Origin: Octopus vulgaris
Taxonomy: Eukaryota
Assembly: GCA_951406725.2 (NCBI GenBank)
Contig: OX597823.1
Location: forward strand, 61,194,001-61,258,000
DNA length: 64,000 nt
Reading direction: 5' to 3'
The position numbers were made by a program, and so were the translations under genes. Under the pieces are notes generated by a model. The model saw only the letters and a program-made list of their open reading frames with translations, did no database searches and had not been told where the DNA came from. This document shows, one piece after another, positions 12,577-24,082 of this stretch (within the stretch, counting starts at the first letter, position 1; each line of letters starts with the position of its first letter).

Positions 12577-15500
12577 GTGGTCAGGTTGGAAGAGAGATCA
12601 AAAGAAAAATACCACGAAAACTATCACCACCACTACAACCCTCCTCTTCTCAGGCGCCGAATCCCCCTGTCCCCCCACATCTCCTTCCCAGTTTTCAGAG
12701 TTGGCACTATCAATGTTGGTACATTGACAGGCAAGTCTAGTGAGATTGTAGAGATGCTAGAGAGAAGACAGGTTGATGTATGCTGCATACAAGAGGTAAG
12801 ATGGAGAGATGCTTCGGCTAGGGTCCTCACGGGCAAGGCACTTAGATACAAACTCTACTGGCAAGGTAACGCGGAAGGTGTAGGGGGTGTAGGCATTCTC
12901 CTTGCGGAGGAATGGGTGGATAAGGTCATAGAGGTTGTCAGGGTTTGTGATAGAGTGCTTAAGCTCAGGTTGGTCCTACAGAGTGGCACAGCTATGATTA
13001 TCTCAGCCTATGCCCCACAAGCGGGACTACCAAATGATCAGAAGGACAACTTTTATGATACCCTTCTGCAGGCTACTTCAAAGACTAGTAACAAGGACCT
13101 CATCTTTGTAGGTGGAGATTTTAACGGGCATGTTGGGCGGGAATCGGGTATCTTCACTGGGGTACATGGTGGATATGGTATTGGCACCAGAAATGATGAG
13201 GGAACTAGACTACTGGAATTCTGTGATGCATGTAACCTTTCAATCTGCAACACTAACTTCAAGAAGCCAGTCTGCCACCTTATAACTTATCAGTCAGGAG
13301 ACTCCGCTAGCCAAATAGACTTCATCCTCACCAGACAACGGGATGCAGGGTTGCTCTTGAATACAAAGACCCTCCCGGGTGAAGAATGTATCCCTCAGCA
13401 TAGACTAATCATCAGTGACTTTAAGCTTGAGGCCAGAAGGACTCCAAGAAACAAACCAATCCAGAAAAGAAGGATTTGGAGGCTAAAGAACCCTTCGCAT
13501 GGTCAGAAATTTAGGGACATACTCATCAAGAAATTTGATGAGAGGGAAGAGGAGCTTCAGACGTCAGACATAGAAGGTAGCTGGGAATTCCTACGGGACA
13601 GCTTGTTGAGTGCCACAGACCAAGTTTGTGGATGGTGCAAAGTCCCTTCCAGACCTAGAATTACGTGGTGGTGGAATAGTGCAGTAGATAAAGCCATCTG
13701 TGAAAAGAGACGGGCCTGGAAAGCCTGGAAGGATGGGGGCAGCAGGGAACTGTACCAGATAGCCAAAAGGGAGGCTGGGCGGCAGGTATACATTGCCAAA
13801 GATGTAGCAGAAAAGAAGAAGTTTGCCAATGTCCAGCGTCGCGAGGATCAAAGAGCTGAAGTATTTCGGATTGCCAGACAGTGTGTCAGAGAAAATAGCG
13901 ATGTTATAGGAGAGAAATGTGTCCGCATGGATGATGGGGCACTTGCTTTTACTACTAGTGAAAAGAAAGAGGCTTGGAGAAGCCATTATGAAAGACTGCT
14001 AAATGAGGAGAATGAATGGGAGGAGGAGAGCCTGCCAAATGTTGACCCAGTAGAGGGACCAGCTACCCGAATAGACAGCTCCCTTGTAGATAAGGCAATT
14101 AAGGATATGAAACCAGGCAAAGCCCCTGGCCTATCAGGAATCACTGCTGAGATGCTTAAAACAGCTGGCTATGTGGGCCATGCCATAGTCACCCGCATTG
14201 TAAACCAGGTAGTTCACAATGGAGCCATACCCAATGACTGGTGCAGCAGTACCATAGTCAACTGCTACAAGGGTAAGGGTGATGCTCTAGATAGAAATAA
14301 CTACAGAGGTATCAAACTGTTGGACCAGGTGATGAAGGTCTCAGAGAAGGTCATAACCAATCTCATTAGGGAGAGAATTTGTTTAGATGAAATGCAGTTC
14401 GGTTTTGTACCAGGTAGAAGCACCACTGATGCTATATTCCTGGTCCGACAACTGCAGGAGAAGTACCTAGCTAAAGATAAACCCCTCTACATAGCTTTTG
14501 TAGACTTGGAGAAAGCCTTTGACAGGGTTCCCCGTTCCCTTATCTGGTGGTCGATGCGGAAACTGGAGATTGAAGAATGGCTAATAAGGGCTGTACAGGC
14601 TCTATACAGAGAGGCTGTTAGCAAGGTTAGGATTGGCAACGAATATAGTGAAGAATTCCGAGTAGAAGTAGGTGTGCACCAGGGCTCAGCCCTCAGTCCC
14701 CTTTTGTTCATCATAGTCCTTCAAGCAATAACAGAGGAATTCAAAACGGGATGCCCCTGGGAGCTCCTCTATGCCGATGACCTAGCTCTCATAGCAGAAT
14801 CACTACCGGAACTAGAAGAGAAATTTCGGGTATGGAAGCAAGGGTTGGAATCAAAGGGCCTTAGAATAAATGTAGCAAAGACCAAAGTATTAGTAAGCAG
14901 CAAGAGGTACTCAACACACATCCCCTCGGGTAGGTGGCCCTGCTCAACCTGTAGGAAAGGTACAGGTAGAAACTCCATAAGATGCACCCAATGTAAGTTA
15001 TGGACACATAAGAGGTGCAGCAACATTAAAGGGAAATTAACAGATAAGATAGCTTTCATGTGCGGCAGATGCACAGGGACAATAGACACAACAGACACTC
15101 AGAAAACAGATTCCATCACACTCCAGGGAGAGAAACTAGAAGTAGTTGATAGTTTCCGCTACCTGGGAGACCAAGTTAGTAGCGGAGGTGGATGCACAGA
15201 GAGTATCACCACTAGAATACGAATAGCCTGGGCAAAGTTCAGAAAGCTCCTACCCCTACTGGCAACAAAAGGCCTCTCCCTCAGAGCAAAAGGTAGATTA
15301 TATGATGCATGTGTGCGAACTGCCATGCTTCACGGTAATGAAACATGGGCTGTGACTGCAGAAGACATGCGTAGACTTGAAAGAAATGAAGCTAGCATGA
15401 TCCGCTGGATGTGTAGTGTCAGTGTGCACGCAAAACAGAGTGTAAGTATCCTGAGAGAAATGCTGGATATAAGAAGCATCAGATGTGGTGTGCAAGAGCG

Positions 15501-15882
15501 ACGCTTGCGATGGTATGGTCATGTGCTGCGGATGGATGAAGAGAGATGTGTGAAGAAGTGCCACTCCCAAACAGTTGAAGGTATCAGGGGGAGAGGTAGA
15601 CCCAGGAAGACATGGGATGAGGTGGTCAAGCATGACCTCAGAGCATTGGGCCTCACTGAGGCAATGGCGAAGGACCGAGATCTCTGGAGATATGCTGTGA
15701 CTACAAAGACCCGGGCTGCTTTCTGCAGCAATTCCACATACCCCCTACCCATTCTAAGTACCCCCCTACCCATTCTAAGTACCCCGGATCCCCAAAGTAC
15801 CCCGGATCCCCAAAGTACCCTGGATCCCCAAAATACCCCGATCCCCAAAGTACCCCGGACCTCGTTGCCCCCGTGCCGCTGA
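12577..15882 (+). CDS. RTE-clade polyprotein: APE endonuclease + reverse transcriptase + PHD-like finger
   Basis: APE motifs GTINV, IQEVRW, SAYAPQ, GDFNGH, QIDFIL, QHRL. RT motifs NYRGIKLL, QFGF, FVDLEKAFD, GVHQGSALSP, LYADD (YADD at 14770). RTE-type C-terminus RLRWYGHVLRM and RGRGRPRKTW. No internal stops; true start codon uncertain. Confidence 0.96.
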   Translation: MVRLEERSKEKYHENYHHHYNPPLLRRRIPLSPHISFPVFRVGTINVGTLTGKSSEIVEMLERRQVDVCCIQEVRWRDASARVLTGKALRYKLYWQGNAEGVGGVGILLAEEWVDKVIEVVRVCDRVLKLRLVLQSGTAMIISAYAPQAGLPNDQKDNFYDTLLQATSKTSNKDLIFVGGDFNGHVGRESGIFTGVHGGYGIGTRNDEGTRLLEFCDACNLSICNTNFKKPVCHLITYQSGDSASQIDFILTRQRDAGLLLNTKTLPGEECIPQHRLIISDFKLEARRTPRNKPIQKRRIWRLKNPSHGQKFRDILIKKFDEREEELQTSDIEGSWEFLRDSLLSATDQVCGWCKVPSRPRITWWWNSAVDKAICEKRRAWKAWKDGGSRELYQIAKREAGRQVYIAKDVAEKKKFANVQRREDQRAEVFRIARQCVRENSDVIGEKCVRMDDGALAFTTSEKKEAWRSHYERLLNEENEWEEESLPNVDPVEGPATRIDSSLVDKAIKDMKPGKAPGLSGITAEMLKTAGYVGHAIVTRIVNQVVHNGAIPNDWCSSTIVNCYKGKGDALDRNNYRGIKLLDQVMKVSEKVITNLIRERICLDEMQFGFVPGRSTTDAIFLVRQLQEKYLAKDKPLYIAFVDLEKAFDRVPRSLIWWSMRKLEIEEWLIRAVQALYREAVSKVRIGNEYSEEFRVEVGVHQGSALSPLLFIIVLQAITEEFKTGCPWELLYADDLALIAESLPELEEKFRVWKQGLESKGLRINVAKTKVLVSSKRYSTHIPSGRWPCSTCRKGTGRNSIRCTQCKLWTHKRCSNIKGKLTDKIAFMCGRCTGTIDTTDTQKTDSITLQGEKLEVVDSFRYLGDQVSSGGGCTESITTRIRIAWAKFRKLLPLLATKGLSLRAKGRLYDACVRTAMLHGNETWAVTAEDMRRLERNEASMIRWMCSVSVHAKQSVSILREMLDIRSIRCGVQERRLRWYGHVLRMDEERCVKKCHSQTVEGIRGRGRPRKTWDEVVKHDLRALGLTEAMAKDRDLWRYAVTTKTRAAFCSNSTYPLPILSTPLPILSTPDPQSTPDPQSTLDPQNTPIPKVPRTSLPPCR
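15739..15860 (+). repeat. 21-bp and 18-bp tandem repeats at the RTE ORF end
   Basis: CCCCCTACCCATTCTAAGTA twice, then about four copies of CCCCGGATCCCCAAAGTA; translated as PLPILST and PDPQST repeats. Confidence 0.9.
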
Positions 15883-16359
15883 CACGTTAAAATGCTCGAA
15901 TCCGATCGTGACGATGCCGGACCCTCCGGCCCCTGTGCAGGTGGCACGTAAAAAGCACCCAATCCACTCACGGAGTGGTTGGCGTTAGGAAGGGCATCCA
16001 GCCGTAGAAACTCTGCCAGATTCAGACTGGAGCCTGGAGCGGCCCCTGGCTTCCCAGACCCGGTCAAACCGTCCAACCCGTGCTAGCGCGGAAAGCGGAC
16101 GTTAAACGATGATGATGATGATGATGATACATACATATAATATACATACATATGTAATATACTTTCATATGTATGTATACATATGTATATATGAACACAT
16201 GTATGTTTGTATGTATGTGTATGTATGTGTATGCATGTGTGTGTGTCTATCTGTCTGTGTGTAATGATTTCTAAATCAAAATGTCAATATATATATATAC
16301 ACATATATAAGTAATTTCTGCTCCAACTTGAGAGTATATTTGGCTAGCTATGTCTCATC

Positions 16360-16562
<203 letters not shown>

Positions 16563-17129
16563 TTGAATAGCACTCACACCACACACAAATACATTGCGAT
16601 CCGTCCATTGTGCATCTAGCAGTGGTTTTCTGTGAGATACTCAGGCCAGACAATGAAGCGAAACAGCAAGCTACAGAAGACACTGCTTTTAATGTCATTG
16701 CCAACCTCGGACTGTGAATGTTTATAGTTTCACTTGCTATTCAACATCATAAAAGATTCTTTATTTCTCTTGGTCCTCTACATTCAGCAACCAGCATCTG
16801 TTTATTTGCTCATTCAATTGCATTGTGGGAAGCATAAAGGTCAACCTATCATGGCCTTTAATAATGATATTAAAACTATTTGCAACAAGAAGTTTGACAT
16901 TTGCTAAATTAAAACATGATTTAGTCTTTTATATTTTCATCTTTACGTTAGGATATTTTTGTTGTTGATGTTGTGGTTGTTGTACTGGCCACTGCTGCAG
17001 CTGCTGCTGCTGATGACAGCCATGTTCATGTTGTTGTTGTTGCTGTATGTTGTATTTTTTTTCTTTATTATTATTTCTTCTATTCTTAAGTTGGGCGAAA
17101 ATTTAATCCACATTTCTAAATTAACAAAT

Positions 17130-17178
<49 letters not shown>

Positions 17179-17183
17179 AATGT

Positions 17184-17214
<31 letters not shown>

Positions 17215-17215
17215 C

Positions 17216-17246
<31 letters not shown>

Positions 17247-17285
17247 AACACATACATCAGTTATTTCTGTCCTAATATGAGAGTA

Positions 17286-17336
<51 letters not shown>

Positions 17337-17339
17337 TTT

Positions 17340-17402
<63 letters not shown>

Positions 17403-17787
17403 ACCTTACAATCTAACTATCTGTCTGCCTATCGGTATGTATGTCTGTCTATTCATCTGTCTGTTTTTATTTTTTTTTATTTTTCTAAGTCTTCTTTTCT
17501 GCTTATGTCTGTCTGTCTACTGTCTGTTAGTATCTTTATTTATGTCTATATGCTAGTCACTCTCACCCATCTCTTTCTAATTAGATATCACTATATGACA
17601 TATACACATTAAATATTTATAGGTGTGTGAGTATGTATTTGCATGTACATTCTTTTCATATCTGTATGCGTATGTATATTATATCTATCTATTTATGTAT
17701 TTCTCTATCAATCTCTATAAATATGCATGTATGCATGTATATGTAAATATGTTTATATGTATGTAGATGTGTGTGTGTGTGTGTATG

Positions 17788-17834
<47 letters not shown>

Positions 17835-18103
17835 GTATGTATTTCTTAGTGTGTATGCAAGCATAATATATAGAATACATTTACAAGTATAACATTAGCT
17901 TAGACAGATAAAGAGGTAACAGACAGCGATTAGAGCCAGAGTCACTCAGATACATGGTTCAACTTCTACCATTTCCACTTTTTCTATCTATGTGGTTTAA
18001 CTTGTATGGGTAAATGTCTTATATTTAATCTATATTTCAAAACCTTGCCTTAACCAGATCGGTTATTGTTAATTCTATATATGTGTGTATGTGTGTTTGT
18101 ATG

Positions 18104-18137
<34 letters not shown>

Positions 18138-18219
18138 TGTATGTATGTATGTATGTATGTATGTATGTATGTATGTATGCATGCATGTATGTATGTATGT
18201 ATGTATGTATGTATGTATG

Positions 18220-18289
<70 letters not shown>

Positions 18290-18293
<4 letters not shown>

Positions 18294-18452
18294 TGCAGGA
18301 ATGGCTGCGTGATAAGACACTTACTTCCCAACTACATGGTTCTGGGTTCAGTCCCACTGCATGCCACCATGGGCATGTATCTTCTACTATAGCCTCAGGC
18401 CAGCCAAACCCTTGTGAGTGGATGTGGTAAATGGAAGCTGAAAGAAGCCCAT

Positions 18453-18484
<32 letters not shown>

Positions 18485-18724
18485 CATGTGTGTGTGTCTG
18501 TGTATCTTTGTGTGTATATCCTTCAGTACCACTTGAGAACCGGTGTTGGTGTGTTTATGTCCCATAGCTTGGCAGTTTGGTAAAAGAGATCAATAAAATA
18601 AGTACCAGGCTTAATGAAAATTATAAGTACTGGGGTTGATTCATTTGACTAAAAGTTCTTCAAGGTGATGCTGCAGCATGGTAGCACTCTATTCACTGAA
18701 AGAAGTAAAAGATAAAAGGTAAAA
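18290..18724 (+). mobile_element. SINE family A (diverged copy)
   Basis: Head, internal microsatellite and tail are homologous to 31535-31950. Confidence 0.85.
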
Positions 18725-18759
18725 ACCTAGAAGATATGTATGTGTATGTATGTATATAA

Positions 18760-19138
18760 ATATATAATAAAAGAAGGAAAATGCACACAGCTTACTTAGT
18801 TTAAATATATTTTTAATGAAAGAGTATTGTGGTTGTCAACTAGTTTTGCTTTCACTAATCATGACATTGAAATTATCATGATTTCGTATTTTCTGAAGGA
18901 GATTTGAGTCCATGTCCTTGCGTAAACGTTTCTGAATGAATCAGTGCTAGTGTGTGTGTATGTAATGATTTCTAAATTAAAATGTCCTGATTAGTGAAAT
19001 GTCATGATTAGCAAAATCAAAGTAACTTAATTGTCATGATTAATGAAAATGAAACTGGTTGACAGCCACAATACTCATTCATTTAAAATATTTTAAAACT
19101 ATGTAAACTGTGCACTTTCTTTCTTTTATTATATATAT
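18760..19138. repeat. Foldback element with ~120-bp imperfect inverted arms, flanked by TA-rich tracts
   Basis: 18760-18880 is the reverse complement of ~19020-19138; a third single arm lies at ~22495-22640. Confidence 0.85.
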
Positions 19139-19186
<48 letters not shown>

Positions 19187-19206
19187 AATGAAATATAAAT
19201 ATATGC

Positions 19207-19263
<57 letters not shown>

Positions 19264-20729
19264 AAATACAAAATGGGACAAGAGCACAAAACATCCGGAC
19301 AGTTAAGTGATACAAAAATGGGACAACAAAACATCCAGATAGACAATGCAAAGAAAATGAGGACAGGTCATTCGAAGTTTTCTTTCCTCAGTCAAGTACC
19401 AGATTATCTTCGCAATTTTGGCTGATTATACTTGAGATTGCTCCAATCTGGCCAGCCCCAGGAAAAACTAAGCTAAGAGCATTAGATTCCTTGGAAGAAA
19501 GCAGTGAATGTATACAAAAACAAGGACGGAAAAAAACCGGACAATGTTACACAAATATAATAAAAATAAAAATAGTAATAATATATATATATAAACCTTA
19601 TTTTAACTATGCCTGCTATTGTTGATTATAAATAGATATATACATACATACTTAAATACTTACATTATATGCTATAGATAATATGATAAATATATTGATA
19701 TATCATATATATATATATATATATAATATGACTATGTAGCTCACACACACACATACATATGTACCTGTGTGTCTAAACATGCATCATACATGTGTATGTA
19801 TTTATACATATTTAACTAAAGATCAGAGAAATAATCTATTAACCACTTAAATGTTGAGCCATTCTGTTGATTGCTTAATACAGGAAAGAAGCACATTGCT
19901 TTTCTAATGTTAAGAGAAGCAGAATGGGAAAGATTAGCTGTGATCTTAACCATCAAATTAACAAACATCTTCAGAGATGTGGAATTAAGTTAAGGCAAGT
20001 ATTCATGTGTTAATAGACATTCAAGCTGACAATCTCAATGCAAGTGAGGCTTGCATTACATTTCATAGGTTAAGTGGAAGGGGGAATGTATAAGTGATAA
20101 AGTGGCTTCCGTGTGGAATCTTCTGCTGGGATTCTTTTGTATTGGTTATTCTGTTTCTGGATTCAGTCATTTGACTGTAGCCATGCTGGGTTCCTACCTT
20201 GAAATGGTGAATTTAGCGATTATATTGATGAAGGTATATATATTTCAGTCTGGTATTTACTAAGTTTATTGATCATGGTTTGTTTATCTATTGAATTTAT
20301 GGGTCTTTTTTTGACATAAAAGAACACTATTTGCCACACTGGTTTACATTGGTATTCATAAATACAGAACACACACACGCACTCACGCACACACACACAT
20401 GCACACATCGTCATCATTGCCATCATCATCATCATCAACATTAACATCACCATTGACTTCATCGTCATTGTTTTGATGCTCACTTTTCTATGTCAGTGTG
20501 GGTTAGATTGAGTTTGCTGAGGCTCATTTTCTACCACTGGATGCCCTTCTTGTCACCAAAAGAAATATATACACCTTAAAGGTGATAGTTACTGTTACAT
20601 ATAACTGGCAAAATGGCTGCTACTGGTACTACAACACACCCATCTATGCAAACCTCACATACATACATGCATACATACATACATACATACATACATACAT
20701 ACATACATACATACATACATACATACATA

Positions 20730-20779
<50 letters not shown>

Positions 20780-21253
20780 GTATCCCACAGAAGTATATAC
20801 ACCCCTAAAAAATTTCAGTAAAAAAATTGCTATTACTCTGATAATATCAAAGGAAACCAAACGAAATTTATACTGAATAAAATATATTATACATGCAAAC
20901 ATTGTACAAATTTTGAACATAGAAAAATAAATATTTTGAAATATATGAAAGAAATATTAATTTTCAAACGTTACAAAAATATGTACACCCTAAAGGATTA
21001 TTTTCTATGTGTTTGTTCCCCCAACACCACCACCACTTGACAACTGGTGTTGATGTGTTTATATCCACATAACTTGGTGGTTCAGCAAAAGAGACCGATA
21101 GAATAAGTATTAGGTTTAAAAAAAAGTTCTGGGGTCAATTTGTTCGATTAAAACCCTTCAAAGCAGTTCTTCAGTATGACTGAAACAAGTTAAAAGATAA
21201 AAGAATATGTATGTGTGTATGTATATATATATTATATATACATATATATATAT

Positions 21254-21403
21254 AGGCACAGGAGTGGTAGCCTGCTTACGAACCACATGGTTCTGGGTTC
21301 AGTCCCACAACATGGCACCTTGGGCAAGTGTCTTCTACTATAGCCTTGCAGTGACCAAAGTTTTGTGAGTGGATTTGGTAGATAGAAACTGAAAGAAGCC
21401 CGT

Positions 21404-21440
<37 letters not shown>

Positions 21441-21671
21441 GTATGTATGTATATGTTTGTGTGTCTGTGTTTGTTTCCCCTAACATCACTTGACAACCGA
21501 TGCTGGTGTGTTTACATCCCCGTCACTTAGTGGTTCAGCAAGAGGGACTGATAGAATAAATACTAGGCTTACAAAGAATAAGTCCTGGTGTCGATTTTCT
21601 CAACTAAAGGTGGTGCTCCAGCATGGCCAGTCAAATGACTGAAACAAATAAGAGAATAAAAGAGTAAAAGA
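21254..21671 (+). mobile_element. SINE family A (preceded by a 3'-half copy at ~21008-21204)
   Basis: Homology to 31535-31950. Confidence 0.9.
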
Positions 21672-23165
21672 ATAGATATATATACATGTATATATGTATA
21701 TGTGTATATATGTGTTTGTGTGTATGTGTGTATGTATATATAAATTGATATATGTATGTGCATATATAAGTATAATGCTAATTTCAAATTTTGGCACAAG
21801 GCCAGCATATTCAACTGGTACATAGGTACTTATTTATTGAAAGCAAAGTCATCCGGAGTAGAATATGATCCCATTAAGTCATTAGCAGTTCAAAATACAT
21901 TTTTACTCAATCACATCCATTAACTCTTTGTTTAATATTTCCTCAGGTATTTCTTGTAATTATGTAACAGAATAGACTCCTCTATGCCTAATCAACAGAG
22001 TTCTTGTTAAATATCAATATATCCATATCCTTCAAAGTTCAACCCTAGCTGTTATGTCAGAACTCAACTTTCTTAAATAGCAGATAACCTTATTCTTGTT
22101 TTATGAATTCTAATTACTGTTGCTTTGTAAATTTTAATTTAATTCTAATTGAAATTTGTTGTAGTTTTGTGCATGTGCATTATCTGTGCACATAAGTATT
22201 TAAATAAGACAAGGCACTAGTCTGTGTTAATTGTTTTGCATAATATGCATGAAAAACGTTTTTCAATAAATGAGTAATTAGAATTAGCAAATTATGGAAA
22301 TCATTAGATATTTTTCTTCTTCTTCTCTTAGTGTCATAAATTTAATACATTTCACTTATTTACTTCTCAGATGTATCATTAGAGAATGTAATTAGGCTCA
22401 TATTTAAATGTTTAACAGACTTTGTAGCTGTTGGTTTATAAACTATCACACACTCACACTACTACTACTACTACTACTACTACTATATATATATATATAT
22501 AAAAAAGGAGGAAAATGCACACACTTTACATTGTTTTAATATATTTTATATTGTGTTTGTCAACCGGTTTCACTTTCACTAATAATGACATTGAAATTAT
22601 TGTAATTTTGTATTTTCTTAAGAAGATTTTAATCCATCTTGTGTGTGAAGTTTAAGAATGAATGATTCAACAAGTAGAAAAATCTAAGGGTAGGTAATTG
22701 GTGATCATTATTATTGGGGACAGAGGAGGCAATTGTTCATCTTTCAGGGAGGGGTTAAATAAACATACACAAAAACTCAAAAGCTAAAGTAGTGAGATGA
22801 AATATGTACAGTGATCATGAATCAAAATATATACTGAGATCAAAGTTTGTTATGTGTTCTTATTTAGACACGTTCTGTATTTTTCGATGAACAAATTTTC
22901 TTTCATAGGTTAAATAAAATGAGACAACAAAGCCAAGGCAGTGTGAAATTTCTAGGACATTTCATAAAGAGAAGGGTAGTCTTAGAGCTGTTTCAAGGAT
23001 ATAAATGATATTCCATCATTAGAGACGATGTGAGAGAGTTGAATTGAAGGAAATAGTAGAGTTCAGTATAAGAAGTTATTTTGGAAAGGGAGAGGTATAG
23101 GAAGTATAAAAGTAAATATAAGAATAAAAATAAAGATACATGTTGGATGATAAAGTTGCAGCTTC

Positions 23166-23975
23166 ATTATCCAATTGGAAAGAGTTGGATGAGTCTAATG
23201 GTGATTATGAAGGTACGGCAGCTGGGAAAACTCACTCTGATCATTCTGAATTTGTTGGTGGGATCCAGACCATGATTGACAATAATCCCTCCAAATAAAT
23301 CAGGTCCATTGCCAAGGATATGGGAATGTCTGAGTTTCTTAAGCAGTTGATGAAGACATTTGGTATTCCTCATACAAGATGAGAAAAAGCCACCAAGGAC
23401 AAGAGGAAAGACTGCATTACAAAAATTTTGAACAAACTCAAGCATCTCCTCTAACCAAACAAGAAAAATTTCTGCCAGAGCCAGATGGTGGACACAGAAC
23501 AACCGTTGGCTTGCCATATGCCCAAAACATGTACCGAGAGTGATAAAACTCAAACATCCAGTCAACATCATAATGTTTGGAATGATCACTAGTGATGGTG
23601 ATGTTATACCACCATTCACCTTTCCACATGGCCTCAGATCCAATATGGAGGTCTACATTAAATGTCTGGAAGAGGTAGTGCTGCCCTGGGTGAAGAGGGA
23701 GGCTGCTGGAAGATCCTGTGTCTGGCAACAGGACTCTGCATCATGCCACACAAGCAGCAGAGAGTAGTAATGGCTGCCAGACAATTTCTGCAATCACATC
23801 ACCACTAACATCTGGCCATCTAACTCGCCAAACTGCAACCTCCTTGATTATTACATATGGAGCACAGATAACCGAGGGACCAACAAAACTCCCTGTAACA
23901 TCAAAGATGAACTAAAGGTAAGGATTATGGCAGCATTCACCAACTTAAACAAGGAGACTATCTAGAAGAGTTACA
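23166..23975 (+). pseudogene. Tc1/mariner transposase remnant, probably DD37D (maT-like)
   Basis: KHPVNIIMFGMITSDG...YIKCLEEVVLPW...WQQDSASCHTS...IWPSNSPNCNLLDYYIW with stops and frameshifts; about 37 residues between the second and third catalytic D; no TIRs found. Confidence 0.85.
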
Positions 23976-24051
23976 ATTCCATTTAATTGTTGTAATATCA
24001 TAATATATATATCATCATCTTCATCAACATCATACACACACACACACACAC

Positions 24052-24080
<29 letters not shown>

Positions 24081-24082
<2 letters not shown>

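Larger units (their letters stand above)
8008..16128 (+). mobile_element. Apparently full-length RTE-clade LINE including a 5' tandem monomer array
   Basis: Intact APE-RT ORF; 3' UTR ending GGACGTTAAAC(GAT)7; candidate TSD ATACATACA at 7999-8007 and 16127-16135 encloses both array and LINE. The LINE body is certain; inclusion of the array is inferred. Confidence 0.8.

Noticed and set aside
12633-15633. Antisense ORFs inside the RTE (and similarly inside the CR1-like ORF2)
   Set aside because: Shadow frames of the long coding sequence.
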